The notes: generated by a model not told the origin, from the letters alone. Numbered from the stretch's first letter, positions 9,452-18,365 are shown. The stretch is DNA of 64,000 nt from Bacteroidota bacterium (GCA_018698135.1 JABINZ010000028.1:3698-67697); one strand, 5' to 3'. Numbers and translations: made by a program.

Positions 9452-11083
9452 TTAGTCTTTTTTAATGGGTATTGTTATTGAAATCGTTGTTCCTTTACCA
9501 AAATCTGAATTAATACCTATTGTAGCATTATGACTTTTAACAATGCCATGAACAATAGCCAGACCCAATCCTATGCCATTTGTTTTTTGTTTAGCTGAGA
9601 AAAATGGCTCGAAAACATGCTTTAAATCTTCAGCCGATATGCCTACTCCATTATCTTTGATTTCTATTTTTATACTATCTTCATCAGGATTTGTTGTTTT
9701 CATTAGAATTTCAGCACTTTCGAGTACTGCTTCTGACGCATTTAACAACAAGGCAAGACATGCCTGCTTTATTTGGTTTCTATTGCAGTGGATTAAATCA
9801 TTTTTAGCCGAGAAATCTGTTAAAAAACTAATATTACCAATTTTCATCTGATGAGACATTAATGCGTAGGACTCATCTAATATTTTGTGTAAATGTTTGG
9901 TTTCAAAATCTGAATCATCTTTTCTTGAAAATTCCAGTAAGCCCTTTACTATTTCGCCACATCGCTTCGTTTCAGTTTCAATCACTTTCAAATATTTTGA
10001 CATAGATAGTTTTGTGATTTCATCTAAATCCGGTTTAGCTAATTGCTTCTGCACTAACTTGGTATAGGTTAAAACTCCAGCCAAGGGGTTATTAATCTCA
10101 TGAGCAACTGAGGATGATAATTTACCTAATGATGCAATCCTTTCTACATGAACAAGTTCATGCTGCATTTCTGAAAGTTCTTCTGTTTTTTGCTGAACTT
10201 TATATTCAAGCTGTTGTGACCAGTTTTTCAATTCATTGGTTGCTGCTTGAAGATTGTCAAGCATTTCGTTAAAAGCATTTGATACCATTCTCAAATCATA
10301 GAGCGTATTGGGTTTTATCTCCAGTCTGGTGCTTTTATCACCTTTAGAAACAGCCCTACTTGCTTGCACTATCGAATTTAAAGGAATGATTATCTTTCTT
10401 CTTGAAATATAAATTATTGAAAATAGTAGTAGGATAACAGCAAAAGCAGCCAAAATAAAAAATTCCGATGAAGACTTCTCAACTGCTGTGTCCAAATCAT
10501 TTAAGGGAATTCGAATGACGAACGATCCCAATACCTCATCACTTCTACTATGCGCATGACATGAACTGGTATAGCATGATTTTTCATTTAATATGGGTGA
10601 GTGTATGAGCAGGAGTCTATAATCATAATTTTTTTGACTCATATCACATTCGCTATCAAAACTTAATATCCTGAACGACTTCTCTTTCTGTGGAAACATG
10701 TCTTTGATGTTGGAATGACAATCTTTGCAATTAGGGTTGTTATGACCGATGGAGTCTGATTCAAATGTTGAGTGAACCAGATTATAATGATGATCATAAA
10801 TATTAACATCTTCAATACCTGGTAATGTATTAATTAGATCCAAGGTATTTTGCAATGAGCTTCTGTCATTTTCAAGCATAGAATGATACAAAGCTCCTTC
10901 TACAATGGACCCAATATTATTTCCATTTTGCTTGATTACGGTATCTAAATATTTTTCATTAACAGATCGGAAAATAATACCAAAAGAGATGAAGACAAAT
11001 ACAGACAAAATTGTTATGGTAATAACTACCTGCCCATAAATTGTTAATCGGAATTTTAATATTTTTCTAAAGAAACTAATCAA
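9452..11083 (-). CDS. Sensor histidine kinase, paralogue of 7683..9347
   Basis: Collinear with the neighbouring kinase along its full length. Same H-box and G-box. Periplasmic C119-KD-C122-H123 and C170-YTSS-C175-H176. Confidence 0.85.
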   Translation of the reverse strand: MISFFRKILKFRLTIYGQVVITITILSVFVFISFGIIFRSVNEKYLDTVIKQNGNNIGSIVEGALYHSMLENDRSSLQNTLDLINTLPGIEDVNIYDHHYNLVHSTFESDSIGHNNPNCKDCHSNIKDMFPQKEKSFRILSFDSECDMSQKNYDYRLLLIHSPILNEKSCYTSSCHAHSRSDEVLGSFVIRIPLNDLDTAVEKSSSEFFILAAFAVILLLFSIIYISRRKIIIPLNSIVQASRAVSKGDKSTRLEIKPNTLYDLRMVSNAFNEMLDNLQAATNELKNWSQQLEYKVQQKTEELSEMQHELVHVERIASLGKLSSSVAHEINNPLAGVLTYTKLVQKQLAKPDLDEITKLSMSKYLKVIETETKRCGEIVKGLLEFSRKDDSDFETKHLHKILDESYALMSHQMKIGNISFLTDFSAKNDLIHCNRNQIKQACLALLLNASEAVLESAEILMKTTNPDEDSIKIEIKDNGVGISAEDLKHVFEPFFSAKQKTNGIGLGLAIVHGIVKSHNATIGINSDFGKGTTISITIPIKKD

Positions 11084-11137
11084 TTCCAGTAAGCATTATT
11101 CGATTTATACTAAAACCAAACCAAGAGCTAATACGTA

Positions 11138-11170
11138 TAAAATGGGTCTTTATCCCAAAGCCCCATTTTA
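11138..11170 (-). terminator. Possible terminator hairpin between the GcvH-like operon and the kinase genes
   Basis: TAAAATGGG / CCCATTTTA 9-bp stem with a 15-nt loop. The downstream tract is only weakly T-rich. Confidence 0.3.
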
Positions 11171-11295
11171 ACAAAGTTAATCATTTTATTAATGTAGAAA
11201 TAAAACAGGCTTCAAGGTATAATGTGCCTCAATTATCACACATTAAAGAATTGTTTATCGTTTCAGCTTATTAGAAACAAAAATCCAAATAATTG

Positions 11296-12006
11296 TTAAA
11301 CATTTAGAAATTCTGCTTGAAAATCATCCCATACCTCTTTTGGAAGCTCGGTCAGGATGTTATCACGAAGCTCACCTCCATCTTGCAGCACCATTAAGAC
11401 TGGTTCTGCAGCATATTTATTCATGGGGCTACCCATAACAAATGCCTTAAACCTATCCAACTCTTTTCTTGACCATTTTGTTGCTTCTTCAGCCAAAAAA
11501 TACCCACTGGTTTCTGCAATCCAATTTTTAGGCTTAATCTGATAAATCCAACCTGCATCATACGGATCATCATTAAGTAATTCTGGATTTTCAGCAAGCA
11601 TATAATTCGTATTAATTACCTCACCTGATATTGGTGAAAAAATACGGAGTTGCTTCCCATTTTGTTCAATTATCGTCAATAATTCCCCCTTTTTTATTTT
11701 CTCTCCAACATTTTTAAGCATCGAAAATTCAATTTTGCCTGTAATATGTTGTAGAAAATCATCCAAGCCAACTTTTGCATTTCCCGATTTTTCGAGAAAA
11801 GACCATGTATGGGTTTGATTATAGAATAATCCCTGAGGAATATTAAGAATTTTATCCGAGAGGTTTCCAATCACTTTTTGAATCTTTTTTGTTACTTGTT
11901 TAGAGGAGAATTTCCAGAAAACAATGAGAATTAATAAATATCCAATCACAAATATATATTCGATTCCCTTGGTATCAAATATATCTATTTTGCTAAAACC
12001 TTCCAT
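11296..12006 (-). CDS. Membrane-anchored GcvH-fold (glycine-cleavage H / lipoyl-carrier-like) protein
   Basis: One N-terminal TM (IEYIFVIGYLLILIVFW) followed by a Lys-rich flank. It then aligns by eye with E. coli GcvH (HTW...VGLDDF...G.I.F..L...G..I.KG...SPISGEV...PELLNDDPY.AGWIYQIKP). 22-nt overlap with the NrfD-like gene. Confidence 0.7.
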   Translation of the reverse strand: MEGFSKIDIFDTKGIEYIFVIGYLLILIVFWKFSSKQVTKKIQKVIGNLSDKILNIPQGLFYNQTHTWSFLEKSGNAKVGLDDFLQHITGKIEFSMLKNVGEKIKKGELLTIIEQNGKQLRIFSPISGEVINTNYMLAENPELLNDDPYDAGWIYQIKPKNWIAETSGYFLAEEATKWSRKELDRFKAFVMGSPMNKYAAEPVLMVLQDGGELRDNILTELPKEVWDDFQAEFLNV

Positions 12007-13250
12007 TTTTTTGCTTTTAAGTTTCCTTTTTCTAAAGTTTCAATATGTGTTTCCTTTGCTATCCAGCTAGGAGAATCTGTATAAACAGGCATTCTTCTTA
12101 CGATCCATCTAAATACTAATATTTGTACCATAATAACTGCTGCACTGACGACTACTTCCATCCAGGTAGGAAAGTGAATTGTGTTTTCGTACCAGTGGTA
12201 TGAAAAAGTGGAAATATTGAGCCTGTTTAAAATTATACCAAGAGCTGTCATGATAGCTGCAGTTCTAATAAGAAATATATTTAATCGCTTATAACCAATC
12301 ATAAATAAAGTAGCCGGTAAGGCAACAAATCCAATGATTTCAAGCAAATACCAATACCCCCAACTTGTATTTAAATACATTCCGTTTTTCTCATGCAATA
12401 AAACCAACAATGTCATAGCTAAATAAACGAACATGCTTATTGAGCAGGTTTTTGCTAATCCAGTTAACATGCTCTTATGAGAACTTTTAAATACAAACGA
12501 CATCAGATTTTTGAATACTTTTTGATTTATGCTCTCCAGAATAATGACCAATGATAATCCGGCAAAAATACTTGAGATGAAAAACAATATCGGTATGAAC
12601 TGGGAATACCATAAAGGATGAATCTTTGCCTTTGCCATTAGGAATAAAGCACCTAGTCCAGATTGGTGTAGAGTAGAAAGTGTAATTCCAAAAATCACAA
12701 CAGCTAAAGTTAATGAAACGGCAATTTTTCTTTGTTTTTTCAGACCTAGCCATTCGGTGACAGTTGGATAAAATTCAATAAACAAGGAGCCCATATATAG
12801 GATAAAATGCCATGCTACTAAAAACAGTACAGCACTCAATCCAAATGAATTCCCAATTATAGGATTGATAACTTTCCAGGGGCGTCCGAGATCCAACAAT
12901 AATGCACCTGCATAAAAAACATATGCCAATAAAGCATAAAGTACAGTTGCTCTTACTATTGGGCGATACTTTTCCATTCCTAGAATATAGACCAGAAATG
13001 TAACAACAAAAGCTCCTCCAGCAAAGGCTACTCCCGTAATTACGTTAAAATTAATCCATAAGCCCCAAGGTGCATCTTGAGAAGCATGTATTACAGCACC
13101 CAAACCTTTTGTAAATCTTATATAAAGAATTACAGCTGCTGCAATTATTGTTATTGCTGAAATAACATTAAATGGAGTTATTATTTTTCCTTTAGGTTTC
13201 AATTCATGTAACATGAATTTTATAACACCTGTTTTCTTTTCATTTTTCAT
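11985..13250 (-). CDS. NrfD/HybB/DsrP-like polytopic membrane subunit
   Basis: 421 aa, about 10 hydrophobic helices. Starts 1 nt after the Tat-FeS gene. Size and context match NrfD-family quinone-interacting subunits. Confidence 0.65.
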   Translation of the reverse strand: MKNEKKTGVIKFMLHELKPKGKIITPFNVISAITIIAAAVILYIRFTKGLGAVIHASQDAPWGLWINFNVITGVAFAGGAFVVTFLVYILGMEKYRPIVRATVLYALLAYVFYAGALLLDLGRPWKVINPIIGNSFGLSAVLFLVAWHFILYMGSLFIEFYPTVTEWLGLKKQRKIAVSLTLAVVIFGITLSTLHQSGLGALFLMAKAKIHPLWYSQFIPILFFISSIFAGLSLVIILESINQKVFKNLMSFVFKSSHKSMLTGLAKTCSISMFVYLAMTLLVLLHEKNGMYLNTSWGYWYLLEIIGFVALPATLFMIGYKRLNIFLIRTAAIMTALGIILNRLNISTFSYHWYENTIHFPTWMEVVVSAAVIMVQILVFRWIVRRMPVYTDSPSWIAKETHIETLEKGNLKAKKWKVLAK

Positions 13251-13251
13251 G

Positions 13252-14121
13252 TTAGTTCATTTTATCTTTTGCTATTTTGTTTTTTCTCTCTACCAGGGAA
13301 TTATTTAACCCAAGCAAAAAAGCTGGCCATAAGATTAGTACGGCTGGCACAGAGGATAGAAATGTTTTATTGTGTTCTGGATATGCTTTTGAACCTAGAT
13401 TGGTTTTAAGATCCAACTCCTCGAATGGAGCTGAAGCAAGATAAAGAATACCCGTGCCTCCCACTTCATGTTCTCCATAAATGCTGTGAACATATCGATC
13501 AGGGTTGGTGTATATCCGCTTGTTAGCCTCTTCCAATAAATCCCTTCTTTTTCCGAATTTCAAAGCATCATACAAACAAGAATCTACGCATGCAGGTATT
13601 CCTCCTTCTTTTACTAATTCGTAGCACATCCTGCACTTCTGAATTTTTGGATTCGGACTATTGTACTCAAATTTGGGAACATCAAAAGGACAAGCTATCA
13701 TGCAAGAACGACAGCCCATACACTTATCTTCCTGCCATATTACAGGGCCCTCAGGAGTTTTATACATGGCTTTTGTCAAACAGGCCGAAGCACACGCAGG
13801 ACTATTACAATGATTGCAGGCATGTCGGATGTACTGTTCTCCTTCTGAAGTTTCGTAACTATTAATAACAACGCGTGTTGTTTCATCAGTTTTTCGAACA
13901 AGACCTACTTCTGGAAAAGTCTTCGAATAGGGCAATTCATATTGATCAGAACAGGCGTATTCACAATTCTGACAAGCCATACATCGTGTTGAATCATATA
14001 AAATCCCATAAAATTCTATATCACTCGAGTCCTCTTTTTCAGCAGTTAAGCCTTTACCACATGCAAGTGTGGCACCGGTAACTCCCAATGTTCTTAAAAA
14101 ATTTCTTCGATTAATACCCAT
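13252..14121 (-). CDS. Tat-exported 4x[4Fe-4S] protein with C-terminal TM anchor (HybA/DsrO-like)
   Basis: Twin-arginine leader MGINRRNFLRTLG. Clusters CMACQNCEYAC, CNHCNSPACASAC, CMGCRSCMIACP and CRMC...CVDSC. C-terminal helix VPAVLILWPAFLLGL. Confidence 0.85.
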   Translation of the reverse strand: MGINRRNFLRTLGVTGATLACGKGLTAEKEDSSDIEFYGILYDSTRCMACQNCEYACSDQYELPYSKTFPEVGLVRKTDETTRVVINSYETSEGEQYIRHACNHCNSPACASACLTKAMYKTPEGPVIWQEDKCMGCRSCMIACPFDVPKFEYNSPNPKIQKCRMCYELVKEGGIPACVDSCLYDALKFGKRRDLLEEANKRIYTNPDRYVHSIYGEHEVGGTGILYLASAPFEELDLKTNLGSKAYPEHNKTFLSSVPAVLILWPAFLLGLNNSLVERKNKIAKDKMN

Positions 14122-14196
14122 TATTTTGATTTTTGTATTGTTAATAAATTCAATTCTTTACATAATATTAAATGGTTTGCTCGGGCTATTTGTATA

Positions 14197-14218
14197 CCTG
14201 ACATAAAGGTTTGTCAGG
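14197..14218 (-). terminator. Intercistronic hairpin (possible attenuator or partial terminator)
   Basis: CCTGACA / TGTCAGG 7-bp stem immediately after the stop of the 567-aa gene, inside the 100-nt gap before the FeS gene. No T-tract follows. Confidence 0.25.
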
Positions 14219-14221
14219 AAA

Positions 14222-15925
14222 TTACACGGTTCTTGTTTGTGCAGTATCGATAAATGAAGTTTGAAAATCTTCCCAAACTTCAGGACCAAGATTCTCCAGA
14301 ATTCCTTCGGTTAACTCACCTCCATCCTGAAGTACGATATGTGCGTAGTCTTTCGATTTTGGATTCAATGTTTCACCAAGAAAATCTCGAAGTCTGGAAA
14401 ACTCTTTACTCAACCATGCATTATATTTTTCTGTCATGATAAAAAACTTATTTTCTCTTTCCCAATTTGTTGGCTCAATTAAATAAACCCACCCATCTGT
14501 ATAAGGACTTGAATTTATTAAAGCTGAATTTGTGATAAGCTCCTTATTATATTCTTTAATAATTCCAGAAATAGGTGCGTAAATATTTATCTGCTTGCCG
14601 TTTTGGATGAGTGAAAGAATTTGGTCACCCTTTTTAACCTTATCTCCTGTATTCTTCAGTTTTAATCGAGTTATTGGCCCCGTTATTCGTTGCAGAAAAT
14701 CATCAATGCCCATTTGTACCAAGCCTTCTTTTTCCCTATGGGCCCATGTATGCGTTCTATCATATAAAATTCCCTCTGGAACCAATACTGTTTCTTTTGT
14801 AAAAACAGCTGCTAATTTGGATTTTGAAACAGATACTACGTCACTTCTATTTCTAAGAAAATTGAATCCAGCCAATACGATTAGGATCACAGCTAAATTC
14901 AATACCATAATTACGATTATCTTTAATGTAGAATTTGATGCTTTTTCAGTTATTGGACTTAAATTAATTTTAGTCTCCGCCAATTTATCTACATAAGAAC
15001 TTCGTTCGTTTATAACGAGATCTGTATATCCTGCGGGTAAAAAATACTTTTGGCCATCAACTAAAACCCACTTCAAAAAAGCAAGTTCAATCTCATTCTT
15101 TGGTTTAACTGGAGATATTGAATACAGGTTGTTGAATAATGATTTTGGATATTTACCAATCCATACTCCACGAGTGAAGACATTAAGGTCGGTGTAAATT
15201 TCTTCCATGTAGTCAAGCAGACCATTTCCATTCTTGTCAATGGGTAATAGTTTGATATGATCGACAATGTTTTGGCTATTTACATCTATTATATCAGTCA
15301 AATTACAAAAACCAATTGCGTAAGGATCATGTTGAACCGTGCGAATCAATTTTTTACTATTACCAATTTTCTGAGCATTAAACGATGATTTACTTGTATT
15401 CATAAAGCTTAATACCGTTGAAATAATAGATTCATCTTTAAGAATATAGCAATTGATTGGAGCATCGTGTCCGTTACCAAGTATTGATCCCCATGTACTT
15501 TCAACAGGATTATTGACAAGAGCTTTCATATCTTCAGCAGAAAGGCCTTGTTCATTCAATAATTCAATGAATGGGTTATCTGCATTGATGATTGGTACAA
15601 TTACATGTCGACCAATAATTGTTTTCCAAGCATCCTTATCTTTTGGATCAAAATAATTATAATCAGAGCTTAGGATAATGCTGTTTCGGTCACTGAAAAT
15701 TCTATCTTTTGTTGTTTCAGTTTCTTTGATAACATTAAATTTAATCCCCGGATTCTGTATACAAAATTCATCGGTTAACTGGCATGCAAGTGCATATAAA
15801 TCTGCTGTACAATAAATATCTATTGTACCTTTCATTTCAGAGATATTCTTGAGGTCATTTGTGCTGCTGACATGATTACTGATTAGCAGAAAAAAACCAA
15901 TAAATAAAAAGACTATATTTTTCAT
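14222..15925 (-). CDS. Fusion protein: signal peptide + PstS-like periplasmic binding domain + 1 TM + C-terminal GcvH-fold domain
   Basis: 567 aa. Signal peptide MKNIVFLFIGFFLLISNHVSS. Residues about 35-300 resemble PBP_like_2/PstS (IDIYCTADL...PYAIGF...GKYP...LKWVL..GQ). TM at about 335-355. C-terminal part is paralogous to 11296..12006 (THTW...GIDDFLQRITG...APISG...SPYTDGWVYLIEP). Confidence 0.65.
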   Translation of the reverse strand: MKNIVFLFIGFFLLISNHVSSTNDLKNISEMKGTIDIYCTADLYALACQLTDEFCIQNPGIKFNVIKETETTKDRIFSDRNSIILSSDYNYFDPKDKDAWKTIIGRHVIVPIINADNPFIELLNEQGLSAEDMKALVNNPVESTWGSILGNGHDAPINCYILKDESIISTVLSFMNTSKSSFNAQKIGNSKKLIRTVQHDPYAIGFCNLTDIIDVNSQNIVDHIKLLPIDKNGNGLLDYMEEIYTDLNVFTRGVWIGKYPKSLFNNLYSISPVKPKNEIELAFLKWVLVDGQKYFLPAGYTDLVINERSSYVDKLAETKINLSPITEKASNSTLKIIVIMVLNLAVILIVLAGFNFLRNRSDVVSVSKSKLAAVFTKETVLVPEGILYDRTHTWAHREKEGLVQMGIDDFLQRITGPITRLKLKNTGDKVKKGDQILSLIQNGKQINIYAPISGIIKEYNKELITNSALINSSPYTDGWVYLIEPTNWERENKFFIMTEKYNAWLSKEFSRLRDFLGETLNPKSKDYAHIVLQDGGELTEGILENLGPEVWEDFQTSFIDTAQTRTV

Positions 15926-15999
15926 TATTTCTAGATTAATATGTTGTTAATAAAATCAGGTGCATTATTCCATTGTTTTTCTATTCTTAGAAATTGGAT

Positions 16000-16015
16000 T
16001 TCAACTACAATGCCA
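16000..16015 (-). promoter_or_regulatory. Weak sigma-54 -24/-12-like element upstream of the GcvH-like operon
   Basis: Minus strand reads TGGCATTGTAGTTGAA, against the consensus TGGCAC-N5-TTGC. The -24 half and the spacing fit, but the -12 GC is GA. About 75 nt upstream of the ATG at 15925. Confidence 0.2.
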
Positions 16016-16491
16016 TTGACAAAATACGAACTCAAAGCATTGATTTACTATGCATTACGAATACACTTGTTTAATTTATTTACAAAAAGAATTGATGAAT
16101 ATATTTACAGTTAAGTAATTTATTAGCCCGAAAGCCTTACCCGCCATACTATACAATAGTTTTGTATATTTTTTCAACAGCTGCTTATTAATTCAACAGT
16201 GTCGTTGTTTTAACAAGACCCTGAATTTTAAACAATAATCAGATATAAAACTAGTTTACAGGTAGTTATACACACTACAATTTAGATAATAGCAAATATT
16301 ATTTCTTAACATAAACAAATACCATAACTAGTGATTAGACTGATATTAGTACGATTCTATTAATTCTGAGAATGTGAAAATTATTTTTAGAAAAGTGTTT
16401 TCCTTGTTTAAAAAAATCAAAATAGAAGAGAAATTTTTCTAAAACTGCAAGGATATATTTTTTACTTATTAATATCTTTTTTTACAAAAAA

Positions 16492-16522
16492 AAGGCTCAT
16501 TTGATATGATCAAATAAGCCTT
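16492..16522 (-). terminator. Rho-independent terminator of the rnf operon
   Basis: On the minus strand: AAGGCTTATTTGAT-cat-ATCAAATGAGCCTT (13/14 bp stem) followed by TTTTTTTT. Lies 20 nt after the rnfA stop. Confidence 0.7.
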
Positions 16523-16542
16523 CAATATGTAGAAATTGATTT

Positions 16543-17115
16543 TTATACGATGCCAGCAAAGCCCATAAATGCCAATGCTAAAATACCTGCTACAATAAAT
16601 GAGATCGGTACACCACGCATTCCTTTTGGAACTTCCATTAAATCTAAATGCTCTCTGATTCCAGCAAAAATTATCAGAGCAAGACCAAATCCGATTGCAT
16701 TGGCAATTGCATAAACAACTCCGCCAATCAGGCTATAATTTCCATTGATCGTTAAGATAGCAACACCAAGTACTGCACAATTTGTTGTGATAAGTGGTAA
16801 GAAAATACCTAAAGCCTGAAATAAAGTAGGGCTTACTTTTTTCAAGATAATTTCAACCATTTGAACCAATGCTGCAATAACAAGAATAAAACTAATTGTT
16901 TGCAGAAACTCTAATCCAAAAGGCTCCAAAACATAATATCGAATTATGTAAGTAACAATGGTTGCAAGAGTCATCACAAATAATACTGCACCACTCATTC
17001 CTATAGCCGTATCAATTTTCTTAGAAACACCAATAAATGGACAAATCCCAAGAAACTGAGCCAGTACAATGTTATTTACAAATACGGCAAGTATGATTAT
17101 TGTTAATATTTCCAT
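16543..17115 (-). CDS. rnfA: Rnf complex subunit A
   Basis: 190 aa polytopic protein. N-terminus [16 protein letters not shown] is typical of RnfA/NqrE. Last gene of the rnfBCDGEA order. Confidence 0.9.
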   Translation of the reverse strand: MEILTIIILAVFVNNIVLAQFLGICPFIGVSKKIDTAIGMSGAVLFVMTLATIVTYIIRYYVLEPFGLEFLQTISFILVIAALVQMVEIILKKVSPTLFQALGIFLPLITTNCAVLGVAILTINGNYSLIGGVVYAIANAIGFGLALIIFAGIREHLDLMEVPKGMRGVPISFIVAGILALAFMGFAGIV

Positions 17116-17119
17116 CTAT

Positions 17120-17725
17120 TTATGATTTAGATATTTTGTTCATTATGCTAATTAAATAACCCAGTCCAATAAATGCACCTGGCGCCAAAACAAATACGAT
17201 CATGGTGATTGGACTTCCTCCTTCATCTAATGGATAGATAGGAATATTGAATCCAAATAGAGCACTTGATCCAAGAATTTCACGCACAGCACCCAATAAT
17301 GTTAAGGCGAATGTAAATCCTAGGCCCATTCCTAATCCATCAATCATGGAACTAAAGACTGTATTCTTAGATGCAAAAGCCTCAGCCCTTCCCAATACAA
17401 CACAGTTAACAACAATTAATGGAATGAATAAACCCAGTTGAGCATGTAATGCAGGAACGTAAGCATTCATAACCAAATCGACAATCGTTACAAAAGATGC
17501 GATGATAACGATGAAAGCAGGAATTCTGACTTTGTCAGGAATTTGACTCTTAATAAGAGAGACCACCAGGTTAGACATAATAAGCACAAAAGCTGTTGCC
17601 AAGCCCATTCCAAGACCGTTTGCTGCTGATGTTGTAACACCTAATGTAGGACATAATCCCAGTAATAAAATAAATACGGGATTCTCCTTAAAAAAACCTT
17701 TTGTTAATGTTTCTTTCATACTCAT
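17120..17725 (-). CDS. rnfE: Rnf complex subunit E
   Basis: 201 aa polytopic protein. [18 protein letters not shown] is typical of RnfE/NqrD. Confidence 0.9.
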   Translation of the reverse strand: MSMKETLTKGFFKENPVFILLLGLCPTLGVTTSAANGLGMGLATAFVLIMSNLVVSLIKSQIPDKVRIPAFIVIIASFVTIVDLVMNAYVPALHAQLGLFIPLIVVNCVVLGRAEAFASKNTVFSSMIDGLGMGLGFTFALTLLGAVREILGSSALFGFNIPIYPLDEGGSPITMIVFVLAPGAFIGLGYLISIMNKISKS

Positions 17726-18339
17726 TATTCATTTCCTCCCACACTTTTTATAGCATCAAATGCACGATTAACAGCATCACAAAATGCTCGTGAGCTAATG
17801 GTAGCAGCAGTAATAGCGTCCACTTCTCCACCATCCTTTTTCACGCTTATGGCAAAAACGTTCGGATCTTTTCCAATAAATTGCAATGGGAACTTAGACT
17901 TAGATTCATCCATTTTATCACCTAAACCAGGTGTCTCAAAATGCTCAACAACTGCTGTATTATATATTTTTCCTTCAGCATCAACACCAACCATTATCCA
18001 AAATTTTCCGCTAAAACCTAAAGTTGTATACGTTTTAACTGCCGTACCAATGTATTCTTCTCCTTTATAGGCCTTATACAAGGTAATGGTATCTGCAACC
18101 GGATCTCTTTTATAAATACTCTTGACCAATTCGCCTTTTTCAACGAAACCTGTTGATTCAACCCGATCAAATTCAGGTAATACTTTTGTAATTGCATCGG
18201 TAACTTTTTGCGCTTTTGATGCTTTAATTTTGTCTTTTGTGAGATTATATACTCCACCCAAGGCGAAGGCTGCTACAGCTGTCACAATAAACAATGTTAA
18301 TGTCATTGAAACAAATGTTGATTCTTTTTTACTTGCCAT
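17725..18339 (-). CDS. rnfG: Rnf complex subunit G (FMN-binding)
   Basis: N-terminal TM plus FMN_bind domain with the covalent-FMN motif [12 protein letters not shown]. Confidence 0.9.
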   Translation of the reverse strand: MASKKESTFVSMTLTLFIVTAVAAFALGGVYNLTKDKIKASKAQKVTDAITKVLPEFDRVESTGFVEKGELVKSIYKRDPVADTITLYKAYKGEEYIGTAVKTYTTLGFSGKFWIMVGVDAEGKIYNTAVVEHFETPGLGDKMDESKSKFPLQFIGKDPNVFAISVKKDGGEVDAITAATISSRAFCDAVNRAFDAIKSVGGNE

Positions 18340-18365
18340 CTTATTTAGATATAATAAGTTTCCAA

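Noticed and set aside
11985-14121. Possibility that the Tat-FeS and NrfD-like pair are the HybA/HybB subunits of a periplasmic hydrogenase, or part of Alternative Complex III.
   Set aside because: No Tat-dependent hydrogenase small or large subunit and no multihaem cytochrome or ActB-type fusion lies in the operon or nearby. Both hydrogenases in the window lack Tat signals.
15957-15975. TGGAATAATGCACC on the minus strand, which looked like a sigma-54 -24/-12 element.
   Set aside because: GG and GC are only 6 nt apart instead of the required 10 or so. The spacing is incompatible.
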